A stretch of DNA of 63,987 bases, counting the filler, from Basidiobolus ranarum (lineage: Eukaryota), in NCBI GenBank assembly GCA_040143965.1. It is 46 parts of 46 records of this genome, joined end to end, with 100 filler letters (N's around TTAATTAATTAA, not from the genome) between each part and the next. Parts side by side here need not be neighbours in the genome. Positions count along the whole stretch, not along the records: positions 48,811 to 50,100 come from JASJQH010012548.1; positions 50,201 to 51,490 come from JASJQH010012549.1; positions 51,591 to 52,880 come from JASJQH010012550.1; positions 52,981 to 54,270 come from JASJQH010012551.1; positions 54,371 to 55,659 come from JASJQH010012552.1; positions 55,760 to 57,048 come from JASJQH010012553.1; positions 57,149 to 58,436 come from JASJQH010012554.1; positions 58,537 to 59,824 come from JASJQH010012555.1; 38 more parts are not named here. The stretch is one strand, 5' to 3'. Positions 48,811 to 61,312 of this stretch are shown piece by piece. Numbering within the stretch: position 1 is the first letter of the stretch; every line of letters begins with the position of its first letter. Both the position numbers and the translations under genes were made by a program. The notes under the pieces are model-generated. The model was given only the letters and a program-made list of their open reading frames with translations, was not told where the DNA came from and did no database searches.

Positions 48811-50075
48811 TGCTCTCAGGAACACCAAAAGAGATCTATCAGTCCAATTCAAGATGACCAATTTATGCAAATTTACATATTTTTTAGGCCTGCCAATCCA
48901 CACAGATATATTGAGCAAATCTTTTACTCTGAATCAATCTAAATACATCTCCGACATTCTTAGACATTACAGGATGGAGAATTGCAAGCCAGTAGCAATT
49001 CCCATGGATCCAGGTGTGAAACTAGTCAAAAATCCCATCCAAAATGATGAAAATCAGCCAAACTTGGCTTAAAATTTGTTATTTGAAAGCCCTGAGTTCC
49101 CTTATCAATCTATGATAGGTAGTTTGATCTATGCTATGACTGGAGCCTGGCCAGATATTTGAAGAGGATAATTGATCTGGGATTAAGATACACATATTCT
49201 TATGAGAATAAGGATCTAATTGGGTTTAGTGATGCAGATTGGGGATGTGATATTGAGGACAGAAGATCTATCACTGGATATACCTTTCTCTATAGTGAAG
49301 CAGCCATATCTTGGAATAGCAAGAAACAACCCACCGTAGCACTTTCAACAACTGAAGCAGAATACATGGCAGCATCACATACAACAAAGGAGGCTATGTG
49401 GTTAAGGAAACTGTTCAAAGACTTGGGCATTATTCAAAGTTCAACCACCATAATTTTCAAGGATAATCAAAGTTATATTTTGTTAGCTGAAAATCCCAAA
49501 TTTCATGCTAGAAGTAATCACATTGATATTCAACATCACTTTGTTAGAGAAGCTATTGAGAATAAGCATGTCCAACTGGAGTATTGTCCAACTGAGGACA
49601 TGATTGCTGACATCCTTACCCAACCATTACCCATGCTAAATTTGAAGAATTAAGATTTAAGTTAGGATTAAGATATATGAATAATTAGTTGAGTGAGAGT
49701 GTTGAAGTTTATTGTCTTTATCATATTTGTTATCTTGAACTTTATACACCTAACTATTTCATATATCACATATAAGTTAGTCAATATTACTTAGTCAAAT
49801 ATCACTTGGCTGAAAATTGGAACAAATATTATATTTATGTGAATAATGTGAGAATTAGCAATTCCATATTGGAAATTTCAAACTCATCCAAATTGCCCCA
49901 AAGGTAGCTCATTTTACTCCCACAGATGTTCTGAACACAACTCCAGTGTTAGTTTTCTGTATTTCCATCAAAATGTATAAATACTTTATTTCTCAACAAT
50001 AAATAATTATCTTACAAAGCTGTTCACAACTCCACTTTTCTAAAGTTCCTCCAAACAGCCCATATATTCCCAATA
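48811..50075 (+). mobile_element. Copia family C RT/RNase H, PPT (49687-49699) and 3' LTR (49700-50075)
   Basis: GFSDADWG, SKKQPTVALSTTEAEY, HIDIQHHF and ADILT. Confidence 0.93.
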
Positions 50076-50201
50076 CAATTGACAATTGTTTTCCACTTAA
50101 NNNNNNNNNNNNNNNNNNNNNNNNNNNNNNNNNNNNNNNNNNNNTTAATTAATTAANNNNNNNNNNNNNNNNNNNNNNNNNNNNNNNNNNNNNNNNNNNN
50201 A

Positions 50202-50339
50202 ACATTCCCCCCAATGAAAGAAGGTCTTGGAGACTACTCCTTCCTTCCATTCGCCATCATCTGTGCTGTTGGTGTCGCATTCACTTTCTTCCTTGTCCCA
50301 GAGACTAAAGGACGCAATCCCAACGAGGTTGCTAAATAA
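50202..50339 (+). CDS. Sugar porter (MFS) C-terminus
   Basis: TFPPMKEGLGDYSFLPFAIICAVGVAFTFFLVPETKGRNPNEVAK* (PETKG motif); not in the ORF track. Confidence 0.88.
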   Translation, partial: TFPPMKEGLGDYSFLPFAIICAVGVAFTFFLVPETKGRNPNEVAK

Positions 50340-51324
50340 GTAACATGGAATGTTATAGTTTTATATGCTCCTACCGATGTGTTTTTTCCTGTAAATAGTT
50401 AAGTACGCATGTTGATCTTGATTTTAATAAAATGGCATTTGAAACAAAAAAATTGAAGTAAAATATTTCATAGCATTTCTTGTTTTGCAATATGATTTAA
50501 TATGGAAGTTGTTCAGGTTTTAACGCAGCTGGCTATATTGTGGCATTTCCGTCGGTTTTCATCAGTAACAGTATACGATAATGTTTTACAGATCGTCCGA
50601 ACATGTAAATCCGATTGAATTCATGTACATTTGAATAGATGATTCAATTGATTTCATCAAAAACCAACAACAATTAACAAACTTGTATTTTAATCAATTG
50701 ACTTAAATGCGAATATGAAGAATCATCGAGAGCTTCTCGGATACAAATATGGCAGTATAAGTGGGAGACGTTTAAAAGCTAGCTTTGGCGTTTGGCTAGA
50801 CAATATTTGATAACCTTATTTGTCATTAATTAAATCCAAATTTTGGCAATTTGATGAAATTCTTGAATCCAGATCTGGCTAGATTTGGAGCGCTTTTATA
50901 CTTGGAAAAAAGAATATGGGGGATGACCTATCCATCGTGCTTACTATAGGTATTACTATTACCTAGGAAACAATTTTTTTGATTCGATTCTTTAACAGGA
51001 CCGATTGACTTTTAAAACACTATTCAATCAGTTCCCCAGATTTGTCTAAAACCCTAAGTGTATCACGCTTGCTTCCACATTAAGGAACCTAAATAGCTTT
51101 TGGCCTTAATCGTTATCGGGGAAATCTTTATGGAAAGAATCAATATAGAATGTAGTTAATTAAGAATTGTATTCAAAGTCATTGATTTTAGGATATTTGC
51201 TGAGAAAAAATTCTAGAACCGTTGTCATTTAGCTCGAGGTTTCAGTTGAAAGTATATAAGACCCACCTGTATTCTTATACATTTCAGTATCAAATCTATT
51301 AGTCAAAGATAACCCATTTCAAAA

Positions 51325-51490
51325 ATGGCTGACAAGAAAAATTTCAACTCGGATGTAGCTACTTGCGATTCTAAGAACATCAAGTTCACTCCTTACATTT
51401 GGCTTTGTGGTGCTACCGCTGCTCTAGCTGCATTCGCCGCTGGTTTCAACAGTGCTGCTCCCAACGCTCCAGAATCGGTGATCAGAAACT
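51325..51490 (+). CDS. Sugar porter (GLUT-like) N-terminus
   Basis: TM1 ending in AAFAAGFNSAAPNAPESVIRN; TATATAA at ~51253; AAAAATGG start context. Confidence 0.75.
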
Positions 51491-51829
51491 NNNNNNNNNN
51501 NNNNNNNNNNNNNNNNNNNNNNNNNNNNNNNNNNTTAATTAATTAANNNNNNNNNNNNNNNNNNNNNNNNNNNNNNNNNNNNNNNNNNNNAGGCCAATCA
51601 TTTGTCCCTCACTAACACAGTATCCTGATTTTCAATTGGGCACAACAGCTCCTGCATTATGAAACACCAGTAGTTTTGGCACACCGGTGACAAATAACAG
51701 CACTCAATGATGGATTGACCTGCAGCATGATAGTAGTGATCAGGATCGCTTGATTTGTCATTTTTAGATCAGCAAATTATTTATTCAATCATGTAAGCTT
51801 CTAATTGGGTGAAAATGTGCTATGTTTAT

Positions 51830-52880
51830 CCACTTAACTATTTCATATATCACATATAAGTTAGTTAGCATTACTTGGTTAAATATCACCTAATTGAAAA
51901 TTGGAACACATATTATTTATATAGGTGAATAATGTGAGAATTAGCAATTCCATATTGGAAATTTCAAACTTGTCCAAATTGCCCCAAAGATAGCTCATTT
52001 TAATCCCACTGATGTTTTGAACACAACCCCAGTGTTAGTATTCTGAATTTCCACCAAAATGTATAAATGCTTTATTTCTGGACAATAAATAATTGTCTCA
52101 CAAAGCTATTCACAACTCCACTTTTCTAAAGTTCCTCCAAACAGCCCATATCTTCCTAATAGGTTATGAGCCCCATGTTCTAGCCTTTACAGCATGACAG
52201 AAACCACTATTACTACTTTTATTAACTCAAGTGCTTAAATGCTTGATGGAGAAAATTACAATTTCTGGAAGTTCAAGATGCAAATCATGCTGGATGACAG
52301 GGTGCTTTGGGATGTAGTCTCTGGAGCTGGAAAGGAACCTTCTGACCCTTCTTTACTGGAAGCTTACAAGAAATGGGAGAACAAGGTCTTTCATGTGATT
52401 TGTCAAAGTTTGAAGGATTCACAACTTGTGAATACTCAATATGCAAAGACTTCCAATCAACCTTGGACTATATTGGAAGAGTGTTATGAAGCAAAGAGTC
52501 TTGCTAATAGACTCTTTCTCAAACAAAAATTCTTCAATATAAAGATGGAAAAGTCTGAAAGCATGGTTACTCATATTGCAAATGTGAGATCTTTTGCAAA
52601 ACAATTGAAAAATATTGGCACAACTTTACAGGAAGAAGATGTCATTATGACTCTTCTAAGTAGTCTAACAGAACAGTATTCAAACTTGGTCACGGCTTTG
52701 GAAGCAAGATCTGACAAGTTGTCTCTGGAGTTTGTGGTAGCAAGGCTAATGGACCAACACCTCAGAAGTAACAATTTGGAAAAAGAATCTGAGGAAGTGG
52801 CTCTTTTTGGAGCTGGAAAACATAGCTTTGGCAAGTACAAAGGTTTCAAAAGAAGGAAACTAGGCTTATGCTATAGCTGT
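51830..52880 (+). mobile_element. Copia family C LTR (to 52161), PBS (52162-52174) and gag
   Basis: LDGENYNFWKFKMQ..LLSSL..CYSC. Confidence 0.92.
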
Positions 52881-52980
52881 NNNNNNNNNNNNNNNNNNNN
52901 NNNNNNNNNNNNNNNNNNNNNNNNTTAATTAATTAANNNNNNNNNNNNNNNNNNNNNNNNNNNNNNNNNNNNNNNNNNNN

Positions 52981-53352
52981 TATATAGATATTGCAAGGTG
53001 AAACATAATATACTGAATAGGGAATATACTGTGGCAAGTTTGAGAGTTGGGGTGTTAGGGACTACAAGGACCAATACAAAGAGGGATGATGCAAGGATGA
53101 TGTAAGGATGATGTAAGGATGATCAGGTGACCTTCCATGGAAGGTCTTGGCGGAAATACACTATGTGTGGGATGACATGATTGGTCAGGTTTCATGGAAT
53201 GTTCCAAAGAACATGACTTCCATATAAGGTAATATGGATGAACTGACACCAGATTGCCAGGAAGGGATGGCATAGTAGATATGATGTCATAATCTAATAA
53301 TAGAAGAGTTCCATATGCAGTGGATCAGTATGCCGAGATCAGAATCATGACA
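52981..53352 (-). repeat. LTR family F, 5' part
   Basis: Reverse complement starts TGTCATGATTCTG; homologous to 57320-57480. Confidence 0.75.
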
Positions 53353-54270
53353 GCAGTCTATATCAAGAGCAGATGATCAGCAAGATTGCAACAAATTCTA
53401 CTCCCTTTGAAACCCTTTATTGGGCAAAACCAAGGGTGGATCATCTTGGCATCTTGGATGCACAGCATATTTCCAAATTCCAGCTCAAAAGTGCTATAAC
53501 TTGAATCCCACTAGAAGTAAGTGCATACTTCTTGGTTATGCTGGTGTATCTAAAACCAACTGACTGTTTCACACTGAAAATCACCAGTTAATTAAGTGAA
53601 GAGATGGGATGCCTGATGAAAAAGCATATTTTTCATTGCCAATCACAGTTATTGATCCAGAAAACACAGTCAGCACTATTCAGAAATTGTCTGACAAAAC
53701 TACAGCAGTATCTGAGCCCAAATTAAATTGAAGTTCCAGCCCCAACTAAATCAAGGGATGATTCAAGACTGAGAAGTTCATCCAGAAGGAGAAATAAGTC
53801 AGGGAACTGGTGGAATATTTTCAATGATGATGTCTATGCTTATGCAGCATTCTGTGACATGCTACAGACAATCCTGGCTCTCTCAGCCATCCATAACCTT
53901 GATTTACATCAAATGCATATAAAAGCAGCCTTTCTCAATTGAAATCTAGAAGAGATCTATATGGATCATTCAGATGGACTTTTTAACCCAAAAACTGCTA
54001 TTTGGATGTAAGCAAGCACCCAGGGCATGTTGCAACCAGAAAGATACCTATTTTGAATAACTGGAATTCTAAAAATGCATAACAGATCACAGTGTATACA
54101 TCAAAACACTAGAAATGGGATTCCGGTCTTGCACCAAGTGTGGATGACTTGATCATAGCCACAAAGAATCCGGAAGCATTTGATCAGACAAAAAGCAGCT
54201 TATCAAACCAATTTTAGATGACTGATATGGGTGAATTAAGTTATTTCCTTGCAATCCAAATCAAGAAAGA
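53353..54270 (+). pseudogene. Highly degenerate copia integrase/RT
   Basis: DLHQMHIKAAFLN, VDDLII and MTDMGELSYFL. Confidence 0.8.
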
Positions 54271-54370
54271 NNNNNNNNNNNNNNNNNNNNNNNNNNNNNN
54301 NNNNNNNNNNNNNNTTAATTAATTAANNNNNNNNNNNNNNNNNNNNNNNNNNNNNNNNNNNNNNNNNNNN

Positions 54371-55659
54371 GTGTGTTTATTGCTCTAATTGATAGAAATA
54401 TCAATTAGATCACTTTTACCAATTTTCACTATTTTCTCAAAACTTCTCCAAATCACCTCAAATTTTCACCCATGCTTAACAAGCATGTTTGTTATGATCT
54501 AAGCACATACAATAGTCCTATTTCATAGTAAGCTATAAATAGGATGTATTCAATTCAATAAAACTTAAGTGTCTAATTCACATATCCAAATCTTGTCCAA
54601 AACACTTTCAAATCCCCTAAACACTTTTATCAGGTTATGAGCCCCAAGCTAGCTGTTAAAGGAATGTCTACCAGTATTATTACCAATGTTTTTGTATCCA
54701 CAGAGAAGTTTGATGGTAAAGACTTTCACCTTTGGAAGTTCAAGATGCAAGTGGTGCTAGAAGACAGGGACCTTTGGGGATTTGTTACAGGAGAAGAAAT
54801 AGTGCCAAAGGGACCACCAGAAGCTATCCTTGCCTTTCACAAGAAGCAGAAGAAAGCACTCTCTACACTTTGTCTGCATCTCAGATATTCGTACTTGAGA
54901 GACATACAATCAGCCAAAGATGTTAAAAATGTTTGGGAAACACTTGGGAGACTATATGAGACTAAAAGCCTGGCTAATAGGCTATATCGTAGATTAAAAC
55001 TATTGTCAATTTAGATGTACCCTGATAATACTATGCTTAATCATATGCATGAGATAAAAATATGGCAGATCAGCTCTCGTTCATTGGAGCACCTCTAAAT
55101 GAACACTACTTAGTCATGACACTACTTGGGAGCCTGCCAGACAAGTTTGGGAAGCTCATAATTGTCCTAGAATCAAGATCAGAGCCATTAACAATGGAAT
55201 ATTTTGGTCCCAGGCTTTTTAATGAAGAATTAAGCAGATCTAATTCTCAGCAAAATAATGTAGAACAGGCATTTTTGGAGCTGTAAAATGTCCAACAGGC
55301 TTAAATGATGGTGCCCCTAATAGGAAATTAATAATCTGTAAGTATTGCAAGAAACATGGCCATTTAACCAAAGATTGCAGGAAAAGGATTTTTGCCAAAA
55401 AGCTAAGATCAGAAAAAGCAAATCAAGTAAGCACTGATAGAGATCATCTGTTTGTGTCTGCCCTATTAGTAACCACTAAAGAAGACTCAGAAACATGATG
55501 CATTGATTCCAGAGCTTCCCAGCATATTTCAAACAGGAAAGATTGGTTTTCCAGCTCAAAACCAATCCAACAAGGAAAGTCTACTTAGGTGATGACTATG
55601 CACTAGATGCAATTGGTAAGGGCACAGTTGTACTGAATTTTGACCAAAATTCAGCTACG
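54371..55659 (+). mobile_element. Copia family D LTR (to 54632), PBS (54633-54645), gag and protease
   Basis: EKFDGKDFHLWKFKM; CKYCKKHGHLTKDC; IDSRASQH. Confidence 0.92.
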
Positions 55660-55759
55660 NNNNNNNNNNNNNNNNNNNNNNNNNNNNNNNNNNNNNNNNN
55701 NNNTTAATTAATTAANNNNNNNNNNNNNNNNNNNNNNNNNNNNNNNNNNNNNNNNNNNN

Positions 55760-57048
55760 CCCTCCAACCAAGCAAAAGTAGGCATAGTGGGAACACTCTT
55801 ATCGGGAACATCTCTGTCTTGGTTTGCTCCTTTAATGGAAAGTCAATCTCCACTTCTTTCAAACTTCCTTGCCTTTCTTGCTGAACTGGAAGCCAGATTT
55901 GGAAATGAAGATAAAGCAAGAACTTCAGCCACCAAGCTCCATGCACTTAAACAAGGGTCAAAGCCTGCATGAACTTATGCTGCAGAATTTTGCCTTCTTG
56001 CCTGTGATCTCAATTGGGGAGAATCTGTCCTGATCAACCAATTCAATATGGACTCCAAGAAAATATTAAGGATCTGCTACTCACTATGGCTGACCCAGTG
56101 ACCTTGACTGATGCTATCCACCAGGCAGTTAAATGTAATATATGGGCTGACCCAGCCAGAACTCAAGATTCTTAGAGAGTATGTTGCAGAAAATCTGGAG
56201 AAAGGATTTATCCAACATTGAAAGTCCCTAACAGGCTTGCCAATCTTATTTATTAAGAAAAAGGATGGATCACTCCATCTCTGTGTTGATTATTGAGGCC
56301 TAAATAGCATTACCGTCAAAAATTGGTACCCCTTGCCATTAATCAACTCACTCTTGGATCAGCTTGCTTCAGCCAAGGTGTTTACAAAGATTGATCTTAG
56401 AGGTGCTTATAATCTTGTAAGAATCAAACCTGGACACCAATGGAAGACTGCCTTTCAAACTTGCTATGGACACTTTGAATACAATGTCATGCCATTTGGA
56501 CTTACTAATGCCCCTGCAGTCTTTCAACACATGATGAATGATATCTTCAGAGTGTATCTTGACCAATTTGTGGTAATCTACCTTAATGATATCTTAATCT
56601 TCTCAAGCTCTCAAGAAGAACATAATATTCATGTTTCCCAAGTCCTATAAAAGTTGAAAACCTCTGGGCTCTATGCAAAACTTGAGAAATGTGAATTTGA
56701 TCAAGCTCAAGTTGAATTCCTTGGATATAACATCAGCCTATCAGGCATCTCCATGGACCCTAAGAAGGTTGAATCTGTTCTGTCTTGGGATATTCCCAAG
56801 AATGTGAAAGATGCCCAATCTTTCCTTGGATTTGCAAGCTTTCACCAACAGTTTGTCAAGAACTACTCCAAAATATCTGCTCCATTAACAAACCTCATAA
56901 AGAAAGAACTCCCATTTGATTGGAACCCATCTTGCCAAGAAGCATAGGTAACTTAACAGAATGCTTTTACCTCAGCACCAATCCTGGCACATCCCAAGCT
57001 AGACAAGCCATTTATTGTTGAAACTGATGCATCTGACTTTGCTCTAGG
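55760..57048 (+). pseudogene. Gypsy gag fused by internal deletion (~56137) to RT and RNase H
   Basis: [32 protein letters not shown] and VETDASD. Confidence 0.92.
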
Positions 57049-57309
57049 NNNNNNNNNNNNNNNNNNNNNNNNNNNNNNNNNNNNNNNNNNNNTTAATTAA
57101 TTAANNNNNNNNNNNNNNNNNNNNNNNNNNNNNNNNNNNNNNNNNNNNATAAATTTGAAGTAATGGGGGATAATACTAATAGTGTGATATGATTGGCTAG
57201 AAAATATGGGTAAGTCAGATAAGGATAATAAAATAGAAATTGTGTAATAGTAATGATATGAGCTTGGAGTGGAAATAAGTCAACCTGCCAATGGGTAGCA
57301 ATGCTACCC

Positions 57310-57704
57310 CACTACACCACCAAGACCTTCCATGGAAGGTCACCTGATCATCCTTACATCATCTCTACATTCTCTCTCTTTGTATTGGTCCATGTAGGCC
57401 CCAACACCCTGACTCTTCAACTTGCCACAGTATATTCCCTATTCAGTATATTTTGTTTCACCTTGCAATATCAATATAAGCCCCATGTATTCCTTGATCA
57501 GACCTCAGTCTGATCAACACCAGTTATCAATAAAGATTCTTGGCTAAGGATTTTCCTTGTCCAGTCTTGTCTTGTCTTGTCTTGTGGTCTACACCCAAGT
57601 ACTCTCCTGCCTTCTGGACTCTTGTTGTTGTTCCCAGTCCTTGTCCAGTTCCTTATTGTGACACTTGTAGTCCCCAACACCCCTACACTTGAACTTATCG
57701 CAGT
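57310..57704 (+). repeat. LTR family F 3' part (ends TGACA at 57663) followed by an internal piece of another LTR F
   Basis: TATAA near 57475, hairpin 57494-57517, AATAAA near 57529. Confidence 0.7.
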
Positions 57705-58436
57705 GCCTAACAGAAATTAGAGTATTGTTATTGTAGGAAAACTATCACAATTTTAATCCATTTTGGATTGACTGTTTACTTACCATCTTAAAATTGTCCA
57801 GTTAGATAGGATTTTAATCAATTTTCTCAGTTTCAGGAGTGAAACTTCAACATCTTGAAAAATAGTTGCACATGATTGGCTATAATCTCAGTGAACTATG
57901 GATCAACACATGTGTTAAATATGTAACTTAAATTTTACACATTTATCACTTGAATGCTAATTTGTCACCTTCAAAATTCCTAGTTTCTTTGATATATTCT
58001 CCTGTATATATAAATTGAGTTCTTCATACCCAATGTTTAGATCTTATCTAACACAAGTCTGTATCAATATCTTCATCAAAGCCCACCAGTGTATTAACAT
58101 TACTGAATCAACATTCTTCCAGCTATCTGGTGGATACCCTGCAATATTTTGCCACTCTATATTAAGTTCTTCCTAGAAATCTGCATGGTCAACACCCAAC
58201 TAAATGTCAAGTTGAATAATGTTCTTCTTCTGAAGCCACTTTCTGCATACTTGCACTGCATTTTTCCCTTCATACTTTGGAAAATACTCCTCAAGCACTT
58301 TGTCTATTTTTATCCATCCTTGTAGTGTGACACTACTGAGGGTGCTTTGTGAAATCTGTGTGGCTTTTTGCTTGCCTTTAAGTTTGGGGCTAATTTCAAC
58401 ACTTTGAAAAGTACCAGTTGAGGTTGGACAGCCATG
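57705..58436 (-). mobile_element. CMC terminus A plus ORF2 C-terminal half
   Basis: GCCTAACAGAAATTAGAG. Confidence 0.85.
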
Positions 58437-58536
58437 NNNNNNNNNNNNNNNNNNNNNNNNNNNNNNNNNNNNNNNNNNNNTTAATTAATTAANNNNNNNN
58501 NNNNNNNNNNNNNNNNNNNNNNNNNNNNNNNNNNNN

Positions 58537-58682
58537 GCCAAGATACCGTCAAGAAACCGCCGTCACATCATCAAAATCCCTGGCAGAATGCAAGCCAACG
58601 ATATTGTGACGGTTCTCTGACGGTTTTGCTATTTTGGAGGGTGGATCTGATCCGGATCAAGTCGATTTTATTTTTGTTAGGG
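58537..58682 (+). mobile_element. CMC terminus B, CpG-rich copy
   Basis: ACCGTCA motifs, TGATCCGGATCA and TTTTTGTTAGGG. Confidence 0.92.
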
Positions 58683-59824
58683 ATGGTATGTGAATCCTCA
58701 GACATACAAGAGTTCAAGAATCTTCTTTGTAGCATGATCAAGTGAGCAAGTCCTTTTTGCTCTTGATGTTCCACTAGGATTTCCTATGCATTCTTGACAG
58801 AGTCAGCATCTCTGACTAGCATAAGTTGATGTTATCCTGGTCCTAGACTTATATCCCTAAATGCCTATCTGTCTTTTTCTTTTAATGTTGTCCTGGCTTC
58901 TTTATGTGTTGGCTTCTTTGTTTCAATGTTGGAATCTGTATGTTCTTCTGCAGAAGTTTCTTCTTCATCTGGTTGAACTACTTCCCATGGATGTTTCACC
59001 TCAAGCACAAGTTACATCTTGAATTTTCATTCATGAAAATCTTGCCCATTGAACATTGGAATATTAGTAATCTCCTTTTGGGAAGAAAGCTCTAATTTAC
59101 TTGCTGCCACCATGTTGGAGGATGTTGACATAACGGGGGTAGACTCTGTATATTAGAGGAAACTTATGATAGTGTTTTAGTTACTCTACTCTTAAGAGAA
59201 TATGGTGACTTATATAATAGAGAGGTAAATCAATTGTCTGAGATATACAGGAGTTTGTTTAATAAGTGATAGAAGATAAGTGGTGGTAATAAGACATACT
59301 TGATATATAGATAGAGAGATATTCCTAGTTTGAAAATAGGGGCTATAGATTTGTTGATTTCTGTCTCTGATATATGTATCATGGCTAAAATTGACTAAGA
59401 TGTTGAATAAAGAACAATTAGCAAACATTGACAAAACTTTAAATATCATCTTTTAGCTAAATAGATGAATAAGTGAAAGCCCATCAATATCTCTAGTTCT
59501 CCAAGCCTCTTCAACAGGCTCCCAAAACACTTTAACAAAATCCCATTGACATTCAAGTATATTAGCAGAACTTTATGTATTGTAACATTCTTGTTGCCTT
59601 AATTGGGCTTTGTGAGAGAACTTTGCATAGTAATATTCACAAGTTACAATCCTTCTTACTGTTGAAATTGTTGAAATTAGCATTGGCTGTGTTGAAATTA
59701 GCATTACCTAAACACCTATATAGTCATATATGGCTTAGTACTAAGTTATCTTATAATTCACTAAGATATTATCAATTATTCTCAATTGGAATTTACTTAG
59801 AATATTTTTACCAACTTAGAAGTT
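58683..59824. mobile_element. Copia gag remnant (minus), complete LTR A (59113-59427, minus), LTR B pieces (59428-59537 and 59660 onward)
   Basis: FNGQDFHE*KFKM; LTR matches. Confidence 0.8.
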
Positions 59825-60039
59825 NNNNNNNNNNNNNNNNNNNNNNNNNNNNNNNNNNNNNNNNNNNNTTAATTAATTAANNNNNNNNNNNNNNNNNNNN
59901 NNNNNNNNNNNNNNNNNNNNNNNNCAATGGAACCATTTTTAGCCTTAGTTTTAATGATAGCATAATCAATTAGTGAAGATGAAGAGTTAAAGTTGAAATT
60001 ACCTCCAATTTGATAAGTTTGAGTTGTTGTTCTAGGTTG

Positions 60040-61212
60040 CGCCAATCATCTTCCAAAATGATTAATCACCATACATTGCAATCTTGACAGATGTACCAAT
60101 CATTAAAGCTGCCCATTACACTCCTGCTGCCAAATTCCAAGTCAATTAAAACTACTGCACTTCTTGATTCAGGTGCTTCCTCCTGTTTTATTGACTCTGC
60201 CTTTGCAAAATCCCACTCTATCCCAACATTCAAGAAATCTAGTCCAGTCCTTGTAGAAGTAATTGATGGATGGCTGCTATCATCAGGTGCTGTAGCACAT
60301 GAGACAACCTTTATGATACTCATGTCTGCTGCTCATCAAGAAGAAATAGCCTTTATTATCATTTCTTCACCTCACCACCCAGTCATCCTTGGTATCTCTT
60401 GGCTTATGCAGCACAACCCAATAATCAACTGGAAGAAGAAGATTATCTTGTTCAAGTAAACTCCACCTCCTAGTCCATATTTGCCAACCTGCAAAGCATC
60501 CAACTCATCATCCACCCTAATCCTAAAAACATCTATGATGCCAATATGCATTGACAGTATTGCTGAAGAGCTGAAACCAATAAAACCTATGGTTAATAAG
60601 CTCTCAACAAAATAGTTAGCCTTTGCTGATGTCTTTGACAAGAAGAAATCTGATATACTCCCAGCTCACCACCAATATGATTGCCCTATAGATCTACAAG
60701 AAGGAAAACAACCAACATTTAGGCCTATATATGGGCTGACCCAGCCAGAACTCAACATTCTGAAAGAGTACATTGCCAAAAGTCTGGAGAAAGAATTTAT
60801 CCAACATTCTAAGTCCCCAGCAGGCTGGCCAATCTTATTTGTTAAGAAAATGATGGATCTCTCCATCTCTGTGTTGATTATCAAGGCCTAAATAGCATTA
60901 CAGTCAAAAATTGGTACCCCTTGCCAATAATCAACTCACTCTTGGATCAGCTTGCTTCAGCCAAGGTGTTCACAAAGATTGATCTAAGAGGTGCTTACAA
61001 TCCTGTAAGAATTAAACAAGGAGACCAATGGAAAACTGCCTTTCAAACTTGCTATGGACACTTTGAATACAATGTCATGCCATTTGGACTTACCAATGCC
61101 TCTGCAGTCTTTCAACACATGATGAATGATATCTTCAGAGAGTATCTTGACCAATTTTTGGTAATCTACCTTGACAATATCTTGGTCTTCTCAAGCTCTC
61201 AAGAAGAACATA
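60040..61212 (+). pseudogene. Gypsy protease and RT
   Basis: [28 protein letters not shown]. Confidence 0.92.
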
Positions 61213-61312
61213 NNNNNNNNNNNNNNNNNNNNNNNNNNNNNNNNNNNNNNNNNNNNTTAATTAATTAANNNNNNNNNNNNNNNNNNNNNNNNNNNNNNNN
61301 NNNNNNNNNNNN

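Noticed and set aside
56281-56300. In-frame TGA/TAG stops as an alternative genetic code or readthrough
   Set aside because: Stops differ between copies and are explained by transitions; host genes translate cleanly with the standard code.
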